A DNA stretch of 64,000 nt from Phoronis australis (lineage: Eukaryota > Animalia > Phoronida): NCBI GenBank assembly GCA_002633005.1, contig NMRA01000289.1, positions 274,382 through 338,381 on the forward strand, in the 5' to 3' direction. The position numbers and the translations under genes are program-made. The notes under the pieces are model-generated. The model was not told where the DNA came from. It worked only from the letters and a program-made list of their open reading frames with translations, and searched no databases. Each line of letters begins with the position of its first letter. Within the stretch, counting starts at the first letter, position 1. This document shows, one piece after another, positions 1 through 12,036 of this stretch.

Positions 1-1004
1 AATGCCTACAATGCAACTCACTTCATTAGTTCCGGTTCTCGGCCGATTTAAGACCACACAGCTATTGTTTAAACAAGTGCATGTCTGTGTCATTTATTTG
101 GAATCGTATGAACTGCGTTTTCAAAAGGCCATGAGTGATAGTTGAGTGATCCGAATGTTCGGAGCTTTTTGGTAAAAAATACTTCGTTTTTCTTACGTGA
201 ATCCATTTTTATTTTTCCTCCTATTTTCGCAAAGGTATGCAATTCCAATGATTCCCTTTTGATTCACGAGACCTTCCAGTGCTGCCAGACGCAATCTCGC
301 TTTTACACTTTTCAGTTCAGGCATGATGTCCAAAAACACAATACTCTGGTAAATGTGAACCCCAAAAATTGCATAGGCTAGCAGTACTGTTATAAACAGT
401 GGATTTTCAAAGCGAATTTGGCCACTCCGCAAATTTATATTATTAGGCCGAGTCACCTGGCGACAAGGTGAGATCATTCGAATTTTTTTGAGATTCAGCA
501 AGGAATTAGTCAAAACACTGGGAACTTGAAACGCTTTTCAAAATAATTCAAGTTACGCTTAAAATCGACAAGAAGTAAGCATGAAGTTTAAACTAAATCT
601 GGAAGACAAGAATAACCTTTCGCAATCCTAGTCTAGCAAGCTCAGAATTTCTTAAACTCATTTCGCACGGGAGGCCAGCGCTAGGTTTCATTCCCAATTA
701 AATGTATATTATAGAGAGGTTACTCCTCCAATGAGCTTCGAACGGATTTTTTGGCTCTTTTCTCACATAAGCTCAAAAGATTAGCCCTTTGGTTTTTACA
801 CTGCTCTGATCAGCGCCATATACCGCTCGCACCGACTATGTCGCAACACGAGTACCATCACAGCCCAGATTAACTTGCCCTGGCTGCAAGCCGCGACCTC
901 GTAGCTTCAGTGAAACCAATGCACAGAGTGGCAGACTACCGTTAAACAAATTAAAGTGCATGCCAGTGCCTTTTATTTGTTCCGCGCGCTCGTTGTGAGG
1001 TCAA

Positions 1005-2415
1005 TAAAGGAGAATGACACCCGATTTAATTAGTTTTTCAGTGTTACCGTCATATACGGTCGATCTCACCTCGCCAAAAGGTGTCGCGTTAACCCGTGAT
1101 GAACGTGAGTACACGACCCAGCGACGTCAGTGGTTCTTCAGTCGACTGTGTGCCACTACGGTGTGGGCGTGTTGTTCTCATGTGTGTGAGCTATGTGTTG
1201 CGAGGAAAGCGGATATATCGCTTTTTTCGATCTCTTCGAAAACCCAAAATGCTTCGAAAGTGTTTCCCGGCAGTAAAGAACGAAACGTACGCCGTTAATA
1301 CCAAGTATGAGGTGGTGAAATATCTCCTTGTCTGTGGCCGGAATTGTCATGTTTCAAAATGAATTATTCTCACCCTAATCAATGCTTATATAAACTGAAA
1401 CAAATTGTCAAAGTTTGTCCCAGAAGATGCAATTTGCACTGTCTTAGGAGTGTTCGTGCATGCAAATGTTTTGAGAAATCAACAATAAATAAATCCTACT
1501 GCGTTATCAGCTTCAGATGCAAATTGACCGCACTGGGGGCGCATGCTAATTCAGTGCTTGTCGACAGAAAGCTGTTGCGAACCTATAACTCGATTTTGTA
1601 CGCTATGGTCAGATGTTAGGGTAATCTTTATTTAGATATACATACGTTATTCAAATCATTGTTATTGTACACCTAGTTTTCCCTGTACTGTTCTGTTGAT
1701 AGGGAACCTGGGTTGGCGCGGCCCCCGACAAGTGCGCAGATTTGCAATCTCGCGGTGAATTTACCAAAACATTCACGTGCACATTATTTTTTGTGGTTCA
1801 TTACTCTATTCTTTTCGTGACTGGAAGTTTAATTTTCAACTTTCGCAGGCAACTAACCCAGCTGGTTTATGTTCGTAATGTGTATCCAGTCCGGCGGCGA
1901 CGGACCTGATCGGGGTTCCAGTAATCCAGTGCGTTATAACGAGCGTTTTCTGTATAGAACTGAAAAAATCTCAACTCAAAATTATAACACACGGTTATGG
2001 TCTCCTGTCCGTCTGCCTGTATTTTACAGAAAAACAATTATAATTTATCACCGAACAGTAAGTTGGCCTACGGAACTTTATAGGCTACGGTAAGTTCAAA
2101 ATTTCTATAAATCCGTAACAGCAAATAAAACAACTCATTTGTTTAAAAACTCAATGCATTTGTAAGGGTTTTACATTGAATTTTGATGATTTTTTGGTGT
2201 AAAACGACGAATTCAAGCGATAAGGTGACACCAGTAAGCGCCTTGTGAACTGCTGAGCAGATTGTATTAGAACCTGTGACGTCATTGGTTAACTTCAACA
2301 CCTCCGTCTGCCGTCTGGTGTCAAGTAAAGGAACGGAACTTGCTGTTATCTAGTGGAACTACTTAATCTAAATTGATTTAACATACGTTGTTTTTTCGGT
2401 GGCATTCACGTTCAA
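1005..2415 (+). mobile_element. Kolobok-like non-autonomous DNA transposon with degenerate THAP remnant (copy 1)
   Basis: Left end TAAAGGAGAATGACACCCG, right end CGGTGGCATTCACGTTCAA; colinear with the copies at 52935, 55197 and 63516; frameshifted ...PKMLRKCFPAVKNETYAVNTKYEVVKYLLVCGR. Confidence 0.75.
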
Positions 2416-3809
2416 GGTGTTTAAACCTATCAAAAGATGGCGAGTTCCAGAAAATTCAGTTCTGTCTTCCATGATGCCATATATTGGTTTGGCCAATTTA
2501 TAGGGGTAGTGTGAGAAGACGACTGAGCTAGGACTTATGGGAAAATTGCCACTGGGTCGATAATGCGCTGTGTTCAGACAACATTATTGAAATGCGCCAT
2601 TCGCTTGACGTAATTAACATATGGGGGTGCAAATATGGTGATGATCGATTGCTATTGATATAAGATTGTTGATGACAGCGAACTACTTAAGCTTATCGAT
2701 TTTAATAACTACCGCTTCAAACAGGTATTGGCCAAATGGAATTCAATGAACTTTAATTATAGGGTAGCAATACCTTCGACGTTGTCGAGGCACGCGCACA
2801 ATCATTGATTGAGCGTGAGGTATCCGTCCGAGATTTTAAAGGGGTAACAAACAGGTGCTTAGTGTCAAATACCTTCAAATTTCTATTCAAAGGATAAGAT
2901 GGCGATGACCTTGCTTAGGACGGAACAAACACGAGTGTGAAGAAAGTTGGTGTTTTTAACACTAGAGCATGGTTTAAGGTCAATACTGTTCAGGAATTTT
3001 TACAACTTACGTAATTTCGAGGAAAAGTTAATAGGCAGCAATGCATTTCATGTGGTACCTTGTTTTACTTTAATATTCATTCTATTCGTTTCAGAATGAT
3101 TATTCGAAATAGAAATTCATGTGCCAAACCAAATGTTTTTCTCTAACAATTCTCTGGTCTTACTCATGTGCACCAGAACGTTCGCTTTAAGTATTTTCCT
3201 TCATTCTGACAATTTGATGGGCAAAATCCGCAATAAATTAATGCGAGACTCGTTTAAATTATTTGTTTTACAGGTGAAAGACAACATTTCTTGGCCACGT
3301 CTCTAAATTCCTCCTACAATCCCCCAAACCCTAGTCTCCGACCAACAAACACCAAACCTACCATACAAATTTTATACCCGCGCGCTCCTTAACTCCCCAC
3401 ATACAGAAAATACTCCACACTCAGTGACCAAACCGCATAACCGGGGACCAAACTCGAGTCCCTGGCCATGGGTACGATGAAGCATGTGTGAAGTTTAGGT
3501 AGATATATTCTATATAGAATTCAGATGACAAACGAGGGGATAAAAGTTGCGATCATCATGCGCACTACCCATGTGTGTCTGGAGCAGATCACTTAGTTTT
3601 AGTTAAAGAAGATGTATTTTACAAGAGGGCATAGAATATCTCAGGTTACGGTACAAGTGTTTTTTGTATCAAAAGTTATCCAGAAAGTAACAACATGTAC
3701 AGTAAATACAATTATTCAGTAGCAATTGAATAAATATATTTTTCAGAAAATATTACATAAAGTTCGTCAGAGTCAAAATGTGAAATGTTGAAATTACGTA
3801 TGCAAAACA

Positions 3810-5250
3810 TAAGAATATAAAGGGAACACAAACTGAAACAAAAAATGCAAATGATACATTTTAGCAATTGATGGGTCGAACAAGTCACTACAGCAGTCAG
3901 TGGATCTCTTGGACATATTTTATAAGTTTTCGGGACTGAAACATAATATGGACAAAACTCGTTGCATATGGATAGGTGCTAGGAAATGGAGTAACACTCT
4001 TTTATGTCCAGAGGTTAATCTCTATTGTCGTTTTGGTCAATTTACGTTTTGGGGAATATACCGCAGCGTTAATCTATCCGAGATTCCTGGTTTAAATTAC
4101 ACTGGAGAATCCAAGAAATTCAAAAAAGATTTGGCGACCTGGTTGAGAAGAATATTAATCCCTCGTCCCAAAATTAGTGTGACAAAATCACTGCTCTTAC
4201 CAATATCAGTTCATCTTTTTATGGCTTTGCCATTACCACCAAGAGAAGAAGTTTATTAGAAAGCATGTATTTCAAATTTATTTGGCATGGCAAACCTGGT
4301 GAAATTAAAAGGAAAGACATTGTTCAGAACTTCTTGCATGATGTATGCAAAATGATTCATATTGAATCTTTTTGAAATCACGGAAATTGTCTTGGTTTAG
4401 AAAATCATTTTAATAATAATTATTTAAGTGTGGTTATGATGAGTTTTGGTTCACTTTTATGGTATCAAGAAAGCAATTTTTAAATTAGAAAAAAAGGATC
4501 ACTGGCAATGTCTTTTAATGTTAGTCTTCCAAATACGCCAGTTATACTTATAACTTTGGAAAAAAACAAACATATTCTCATTTAATTAATTCTATTTATA
4601 CAAATCTAAAAGATGAATATAAGTGGAAACTGGCCTTGGTATTAATGCATCTCCTGATTGGTGGAGAAAAACGTATACTCATTCTTTACAATTTACTAGT
4701 GATAATAGACTGACATGATTTTAGATTAGTGTCATACATCGGTTAACACCAACAAACTTATTTTTACATAAAAGACTGGAGTTAAAGATGCAGACCTATG
4801 TAGATTTTCAATTGGAACCGTGATTTAACAAGTTTTTGTTTGGATTTCAGTTGCATCGTAAACAACACCGGAAGCTCGTTAGAGCTTTCAAATATATATA
4901 CATTTTTTGGAAAGTGTGGAGGACAAGGCGTAATTAATCTATTTGTATGTCTAGGAAAATTTCGTATTTATCGTCAACGTCTTAAAAACACGACTCCAAA
5001 TTTGACATACTTTAAAAGGAAGACTTTGGGTATTTCAAAACTGAAAAATACTTATTCTACAATAATCTAAAATACGAAGATTTTAATAAAAGATGGGCCA
5101 CTATGGTACTTTTATTTTGACTCAGAGACTATTCTTGAGTTGTAAATGGCCCCCACCACAAGTGTGCATGTGCGTATGTATGCGGGTATGAATATTTTCT
5201 CTTCATATTTTGTAAAAAGTATTATGCTTAATAAAAAATAAAAATAGTGT
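3810..5250 (+). mobile_element. 5'-truncated L1/Tx1-like LINE (degenerate ORF2 RT C-terminus)
   Basis: Translations NIKG...ANDT (decayed YADD), FYKFSGLKHNMDKT-CIWIG, KISVTKSLLLP, FKFIWHGK-EIKRK; A-rich 3' end at ~5230-5245; flanked by ~45-bp direct repeats (3765-3809 and 5252-5296). Confidence 0.8.
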
Positions 5251-5887
5251 TTGTCAAAGACAAAATGTGAAATGTTCGAATTACGTATACAAAACAGGTC
5301 GTAACCCAGTACGTTAAAAATCTGACCAAATGGCCTCATTTTCGAGATCTATACCACACTCAAATCCTGATAGTTTTTGTTCGAAAGTAGCCTTGGTTTG
5401 GACGTTTGTCGTAAACATGGTACAGGAATCAGCCGGAAAAGTTATTTTGTGTGACACCTAATAATATTGAGTGTGTCTTAATATGAAATCGTGTGCAATG
5501 TATTAATCTATTCTGTTCTTGTTGTTCCAGTAAACAAAAACCACAAATACATTTCTCAAAACACAACACCGCGGTTTCTTTTACCATCTTAAATATGTAA
5601 TTAGGTAAACAAACCAATGAACGTGCGTTATCAATTTAGTGGACGGAAGAATAAGAGCGCAATGTTAAATTAGTTTGTTCTCTGCACGGCTACACGTAGT
5701 TCTCTGCCAAGCTAGTGCGAATGCGCAACTCATGCCCAACTCGAAACTGTGGATTCATAAGAGAAGTATACTTATGCAGTCATCGACAACAAGCATTCAG
5801 AATCAGCCCAGAACGCTATGAAAATCGCCAAGTCCTCAATTGTGACGTGGCAAAAGTCTCAAGTTGCATTTCTGAGCCTGTTTTGAG

Positions 5888-6040
5888 CAGTGGCGGATTT
5901 AGTGGGAGTGGCAAAGGGATCTTAGTTCCCCTAAAATTATCCCAAATTCCATTTGGCAGTTCGGTAGTGTCAATAGGGCAAAATCCTGGCTGATACTCTG
6001 CCCTGGTCCCCCTAACTCAAAATCCTGGATCCGCCCAGTC
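5888..6040. mobile_element. Short palindromic MITE-like repeat (GGCGGAT...GGATCCGCC family)
   Basis: CAGTGGCGGATT...CCTGGATCCGCCCAG; related ends at ~33972-34125, ~46085-46102 and ~60490-60503. Confidence 0.45.
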
Positions 6041-6611
6041 AATCACACGCAAATGTTGGGGAGGTGCACTGGCCTGAAGCATAATTTTCTGTAACACTGC
6101 ACTATCGTTTTAAGAGGTTGTATGAGAACTGCGTCATCTTGATCCTCAGCGGTATCCTCTTACCTGTAGGGCGACGTTGAATTCCCACAAATTCCAGCGC
6201 CGCAAAATTCCCGTGTTGTTCTTATGTACATCAGTTTCATTCTTTTCGACCCCCAGTCTTACTAAAATACACGTGCTTGTTTTTGCTTGTGGCGTCACTT
6301 TATGAGAGAAAATAAACAACTAACGTGTTAAAACATCGACTTCACACGGATTAATTTCTTTTCAGAAGTTGTGCGAAAACTGCCTTTGCTCCCCTCCCTT
6401 ACGTCACGGTCGCAAGGATCTTGTGGTTCTTGCTTACCTAATCACACAGATACTATTTTTCAACTCGACGCAGGTGACTGGTAGCCGTCAATGTGTTACT
6501 TGTTTGATTGCTTTGCACTTCCTTGCATTAGAATATGCAATGGCTAAGTCACCACAAAGCTCAGCCTCTCAGAGTCACACCGTGGACGTCTCTGGGACGG
6601 ACATTCCAGCC

Positions 6612-7146
6612 TTAAGGTTATGTAGGACCTTATCGACAAGTCTGAGTATTTAGCCAAATATATCCAAAGCCACAGAATTTAATTCGGTAAACGCCTATAT
6701 TTTCTGAAAGCAGAAATCACTTAGAATTTGACATTTGACTTCATGTCATGCTGTAGCTGATTAAACCACGCGACCATGTCTGTTTTAGTAAAAATTAGTA
6801 AAAAGAAAGGCATATCCATAGCAAACCAACGGTTTCAATAAAATGACCTAATTTCTTTCAATATGAGTGTACAAGATGAAATCTCAAAAAAGCTGTTATA
6901 TTTTTTAAATTATCATTTCGTTTTCATTTTATGCAACTTCTGAGTTAATTTTCATCAAAATCATCAAATCATATTTTTGATAGCTCCTCATACAAAAGTG
7001 GAAATTCTTAAAAACAAACCCTTGAGGCGATTTGGATAACATGGCATCTGAAAGTTTCATATGAATCCGACCAGCCCTTTCTTAATCATGGTGCTCCGAA
7101 TTTTGCCACAATTTGGCCATTTTTCTAGACTCCTAGGTAACCTAAA
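6612..7146. mobile_element. Non-autonomous TTAA-type (Kolobok-like) element
   Basis: TTAAGGTTATGTAGGA ... TCCTAGGTAACCTAAA imperfect terminal inverted repeats; no ORF. Confidence 0.45.
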
Positions 7147-8514
7147 GCTCGGCTGAAGTCTCAAAACGCTTACAATATTAACCAAGAAATCATCAAGTCA
7201 AACACGACTACATCTTACACCTGGTTGCAAAAGAATGAAGGTGTGCTACTTGTTTATTGCTGTGCACTTTGCTTTCGTTTGTTTGCTCCCGAAGAAGTAC
7301 GACGGGAAAAACTCGCTGTGATCGTTATTTATCGCCTCTCGGATGAAGTTGTTCTGCACATAATCTTCACAAACATTATGCTGGTGCCGTTACAACATTT
7401 GTCAGTAGGCTTTCTAAGACGATCTCGTGTAATCTCCTAGCTGCTCTTCACTTGCAACAAAATCCGGCCTTGTCGGCGTTGTCAGATCACAGACACTCAC
7501 ACAAGAATGAAGGGACAACTCAGAATTGTTCGAAATCGATTACATGTCAAAGTACTAAATGACAGAAAAATATTTTCAACACATGTTCTGAGCAAATTGT
7601 CCCATTTGCACAATCTACTCACAACACAAAGTTGATCAAGTCCGGTTGCGACGGTTCGAGTCGCGCGGCGAAACACTCAGGCCACGGAAGCGAGACCATT
7701 CCTTGCACCGAACCGGCAACTTCACACATTTACGCAAAATACTTATATGACTTCCACTCAAAGTTATTCGTCGTGGTGCATTTCATATGTACTTTTCAAT
7801 AGCCCATAGAGTCCATGGAAAGGGGACTTTGAATGCCGCAGCTAAAGCCAACTTTGTATTCTTTAAGTGCATGGTAGATATTAACTAAGGGTTCCGATCC
7901 GCCATAATTGTTATGTTACCTTCCCTAGGTTAGTCAGTGACCGGAGTGAAGTAGACTCAGTTACTCAGAAAACCGGCACGGTACTTTCTTGCCGTCACTC
8001 TTGCCACACAGAATACATTTTATTATTTTTAACACAATAGGAAAAATCACAGCTTAGCTGAGCTCGAGCTGGATGACGAATATTGAATTTCGGGCAGAGA
8101 AATGAACAAAAGCATTTCCGGTATAATTGGGATGAACGCCAGCTACGGAAAGATGAGTGTGTTTTTAAACTGTTCATATTTTTGTAAAGAAGGTATTGAG
8201 CAATTGTGCTTCATCTATAAAATTTGCAAATCTAGGAATATAACTATTTGTTCAATAACATAACCTTTCATTTCAAGTACTCAAAAATGTTTTGAGAAGG
8301 CCTACGCCGATTGATAATGAAAGTCGGTAAGTGACACTTTAATTGCAGATGTGGTTGGGTGCACTGATCTGTCGATTTGAACTGGATACGTCCCAAGGTG
8401 CCACCGCACGGGGTGTTAATTGATTTTTCAACGATCTCTATATAATCAAACAAAATAGATATCGTCCCCATAGCTTCAATAATTAGGGCTCTGTCGTACA
8501 CTTCGATCTTGGCG

Positions 8515-8808
8515 ATGTTTTCTTACTCGATTTTTATAGTTTTAATTGCCTTGGTTCATCATTCTGTTGGGAATACTTACACACAACATGAAAAATGTTC
8601 CAAAGACGCTGCAGTTTCAACAGGTGCCATCTCCAAACACCAAGTAACGAACATTCAGACGTGTCAGAAACTATGCGACGACAATACCAACTGCGCTGGG
8701 TTTAATTATGAAGTTCGCAGGAAGGCAAAGTGCGTGCTGAACTCGGAAGTGGCCGGAAACGGTGGGACGCGACTATCTTATAAACCGTCTTACACTTACG
8801 TAGAGAAG
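8515..8808 (+). CDS. Paralog 1 exon 1 (signal peptide + PAN/apple domain)
   Basis: 294 nt, ends GAGAAG|gtattc, the same donor position as in the other two paralogs. Confidence 0.88.
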
Positions 8809-11800
8809 GTATTCAGCACATGAATTACATTCCTAAGTTTGTAGTAAATTGATTTAATCATAAAACCGTTCTTTATTGCTTACATGCCATAACTGTGATT
8901 ATGAAAGGGCATCATCTCTATTTTTGCTAATCAGCAATCAAATTTAGATTATTTTTCAAAGTAAAAATTTCATATGTATTTTATTGTTGGGTTGAAAATA
9001 CAAAAAATGTTAATCAACACGATTGAAAGTAATTTTGGACTACGTTTACTTTACAGGTAAAAGAAAATTCCACGACGTTCGAGACGACGTCATGCAAAAA
9101 CTTTTCAGGTAAGCGAATAATTAAGTACTTACGATAAGCAGAAACCGACACATTCTATGTTGATATAGATATGTATGCGGGCATAGGTAGATATACACAT
9201 ACATAAATTGATCAGTGCAAGGCTGAGTTATGAAGCATGACTTTTTTGAAATTTATCCTAAATTTTTTTATAGTTTCAACTATTTTTCTAGTAAATTATG
9301 AAATAATCGAATTTTCAACTGCTGAAAAACAAAGAAATGGGGTAGAACACATTAACACCTACTTATAAGTTCAGTTCTCTTTTTCTTCAGATTAATTTTA
9401 ATACAAGCAACAATTGAATTAGTAAACGTTTACAATGGGTAGCTCCATCTGGACGACTCTCCGAGTCTGGTTTTCCCTAATGCCAGTGTAAACTGCAAAT
9501 CAATTGCCTTTACTGTAAACAGTTGCATAGCACTTTCCAACGGAATCATATTTCATCTATCTTATATGAGCTTATATGGGAAGCTGCGCTTATGTCCGGA
9601 AATAGCGCACGCACTCATACGTTAAATACTTAAAAGGGCAACTAAACCACACCTTGTTAATAATCTACATTGAAATAAAGAAGCACCCGCAACAAAGTGC
9701 AATTGTAATAACTTTTAAGCTGTGCTGCAACAAATCAAAAATCTAATTAGTGGAACATCTCATAATAGAGGGGGGGGGGACAGTTTGGCCTAACGCATAC
9801 CCAGATTCCAGACGTTATCTTTGATACTGCTTTTCTAAACAAGTATACTGTAATAATATGAGAAATCAGATGAGACGAGATAGGACATAAGATTAAATAG
9901 AATGAGTTAAATGATACAGGAAGTTCATGGTTTAGTTTTGTATATAATTGAGCTAATGAAGATAATGTAGTTTAAAAACGGCCATTCATATTTAAGATAC
10001 ATATAATAAGTAATGTCAAACAAAACATTTGTGATTCTACTGAAACTTAACAATTTTTCCTACGTCGGTATTGTTGGATATCTTAACTACAGTCTATGGT
10101 TGAGCTCCGTAGATACAACAATCTTGGGATGGAGGCTTGAGTGATCGTGTGCTTTGATTGCATATATTACGTAGCAAACATTTGAATAACCAGTTTGTTA
10201 ATAATGTACAGTATCTCTAAAAATAGATTAGAAATGTTTTCTAGTCTTGACAAGTGCTGACATGTCGTTATTCGTGTGGTGTATCATTACAGGTATCACG
10301 CAGCTGTTCATCTATTTCGTTGGGTGTAGTCCGTTACGTTAGAATTTGATTAATTCTGCTATCTATAAGGAAGTATTTGATTTAAAGCATTGAATAAGAA
10401 AAAAAATGTTTCCACCAACACACCTGTAGTTCTAAAGCATTAATCAAGGCAAGGAATTGACATGATTTTTCCAAAGAAATTGAGATTTCACCCTTACCAG
10501 ACTAACATTTTAAAATATTCATGGTGTATTTCATTGAAATAACCGAGCTGTGGTGTGGTTCATTATCAGCATGCAGACCAATATGGAAGTTTGACAATTA
10601 CGAACTTGTGGTCAACCGACGCGACACATATGGGTGGTGGGGCAGAGACTGCTGGCCCCACGCGACAGACGAGTACTGGTATGAAATGACACACTACGAC
10701 ACCAGAAATCACTTCTACGAGTACATCAGTCTGGGAAACTTCAAAAGTGATTATTATACTGAGTAAGTATTCCGCATTCAACATTCAATTCGCGAAGTTT
10801 TTATTTTTTGGCCATTCTAAGTGGCTTCGTGAAGTTCACGCCAACCATCCCTACACGCGGAGAAGGCCGCGGTCGCTTAGCTGAAACAAATAAATAAATG
10901 CAGAAATGCTAGCGTAGCCACGTTAGACAAGATATGAAAATACGTCATTTTAGTAATTTTTGGCATTAGTGGAACGGAATATGTTTTCTTCAAAATCTCC
11001 TCATTAACTCTTTAGTAGATCAGGCATACCTAATTGGTTACATTAAATATGGATTACTAAAAAAATAAATGCACCTTCTGTTTTTTTCTGTAATATCTAA
11101 GACATTGATTAAATGAGCATACATGCATATGTTCAGTAGAAAATTCTTGACAGTTTGATATGAATTTTTGGTATTTTGTCCTAAGATGAGTGAATTTGGT
11201 TGTAATACAAAACAAAGCAGTTGAACAATGAGAGTCATAAAATGAATGGTTCGAAGTCATTGGTTTGATGTTTCAGAAAGATGGCTTTAGTTTGAAATGG
11301 TTCGGTTGCATTTCATTCCTGTTAAAGTCTTAAACAATGAATTCGTGAAATAAACTCTAACAAATTTACCTCGGTGTTTTCTTCTATGATACTGGTATTC
11401 CATATACGCCGTCAAAAGGAACTGAAGGGTCACTCGCCGTTGACTTTGAACGGCTCGATATATTTGTATCTTAGGCATTTTCCTATAGGAGGCAGAACGT
11501 CTTTCGTAATTTCATTTGTTATTTGCAGCATAACTCTGCCGTTCTATTGTGATGGCGCGAACTACATTGTTTACAAGCGTTTCTTCTACTGCGCTGGACA
11601 TAATACGCCTAAGATCTACACATATGACTTGGATAAGAGATCACAGTCGACGACCATTTCATTGGACAGCGTCGAAGGAAAACAAGCCGGGTATAGAGAT
11701 AGATGCCGGTACCACTGGGGTGGACATTCCGACATTGACATGGCTAGTGATGAATTCGGATTGTGGGTGATATGGGGTGTCTATGCAGAGTCTTGTAGAT

Positions 11801-12036
11801 TTGCCATTAGTAAGCTTGATCCTGACACCAAGACAATCATCAAAACATGGTTTGCCCCGCAAGGTATCGAACTGGATCACAACGACTACGGAAATGCATT
11901 CATGGTATGTGGTAACATGTACGTCATGAACAATCACCACACACACAATACGTTTATTCGTTGGATCTATTATACNTATTCCTGGGAGAATACCCACCAT
12001 ACTCGTTATCAAGCTCACTTCAAAGACTGGTCTTAA
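8515..12036 (+). CDS. Secreted PAN/apple-olfactomedin protein, paralog 1; join(8515..8808,9057..9108,10570..10762,11529..12036); last exon contains an assembly gap
   Basis: ATG 8515, hydrophobic signal MFSYSIFIVLIALVHHSVG, PAN core CQKLC-x5-CAGFNY-x7-CVL...YTYVEK. Canonical GT/AG introns in phases 0, 1, 2. OLF motifs [39 protein letters not shown]. The N at 11976 replaces ~37 codons present in paralogs 2 and 3. Confidence 0.88.
9057..9108 (+). CDS. Paralog 1 exon 2 (52-nt linker [17 protein letters not shown])
   Basis: ttacag|GTA...TCAG|gtaagc; homologous 52-nt exons at 17100 and 26910; too short for the ORF track. Confidence 0.85.
10570..10762 (+). CDS. Paralog 1 exon 3 (N-terminal part of OLF domain)
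   Basis: atcag|CATGC...ACTGA|gtaagt, 193 nt; [29 protein letters not shown] matches the OLF 'G-x-W-x-x-D' first-blade pattern. Confidence 0.87.
11529..12036 (+). CDS. Paralog 1 exon 4 (OLF core and C-terminus, gap at 11976)
   Basis: ttgcag|CATAACTCTG; ITLPFYCDGANYIVY...AHFKDWS*. Confidence 0.87.

Noticed and set aside
11374-11528. N-terminal hydrophobic extension of the 220-aa ORF as a transmembrane anchor
   Set aside because: It lies upstream of the conserved AG acceptor at 11527-11528 and is not conserved in paralogs 2 and 3, so it is intron read-through.
11971-11985. Calling paralog 1 a pseudogene
   Set aside because: The missing segment coincides with an N; there are no stops or frameshifts elsewhere and splice sites are intact.
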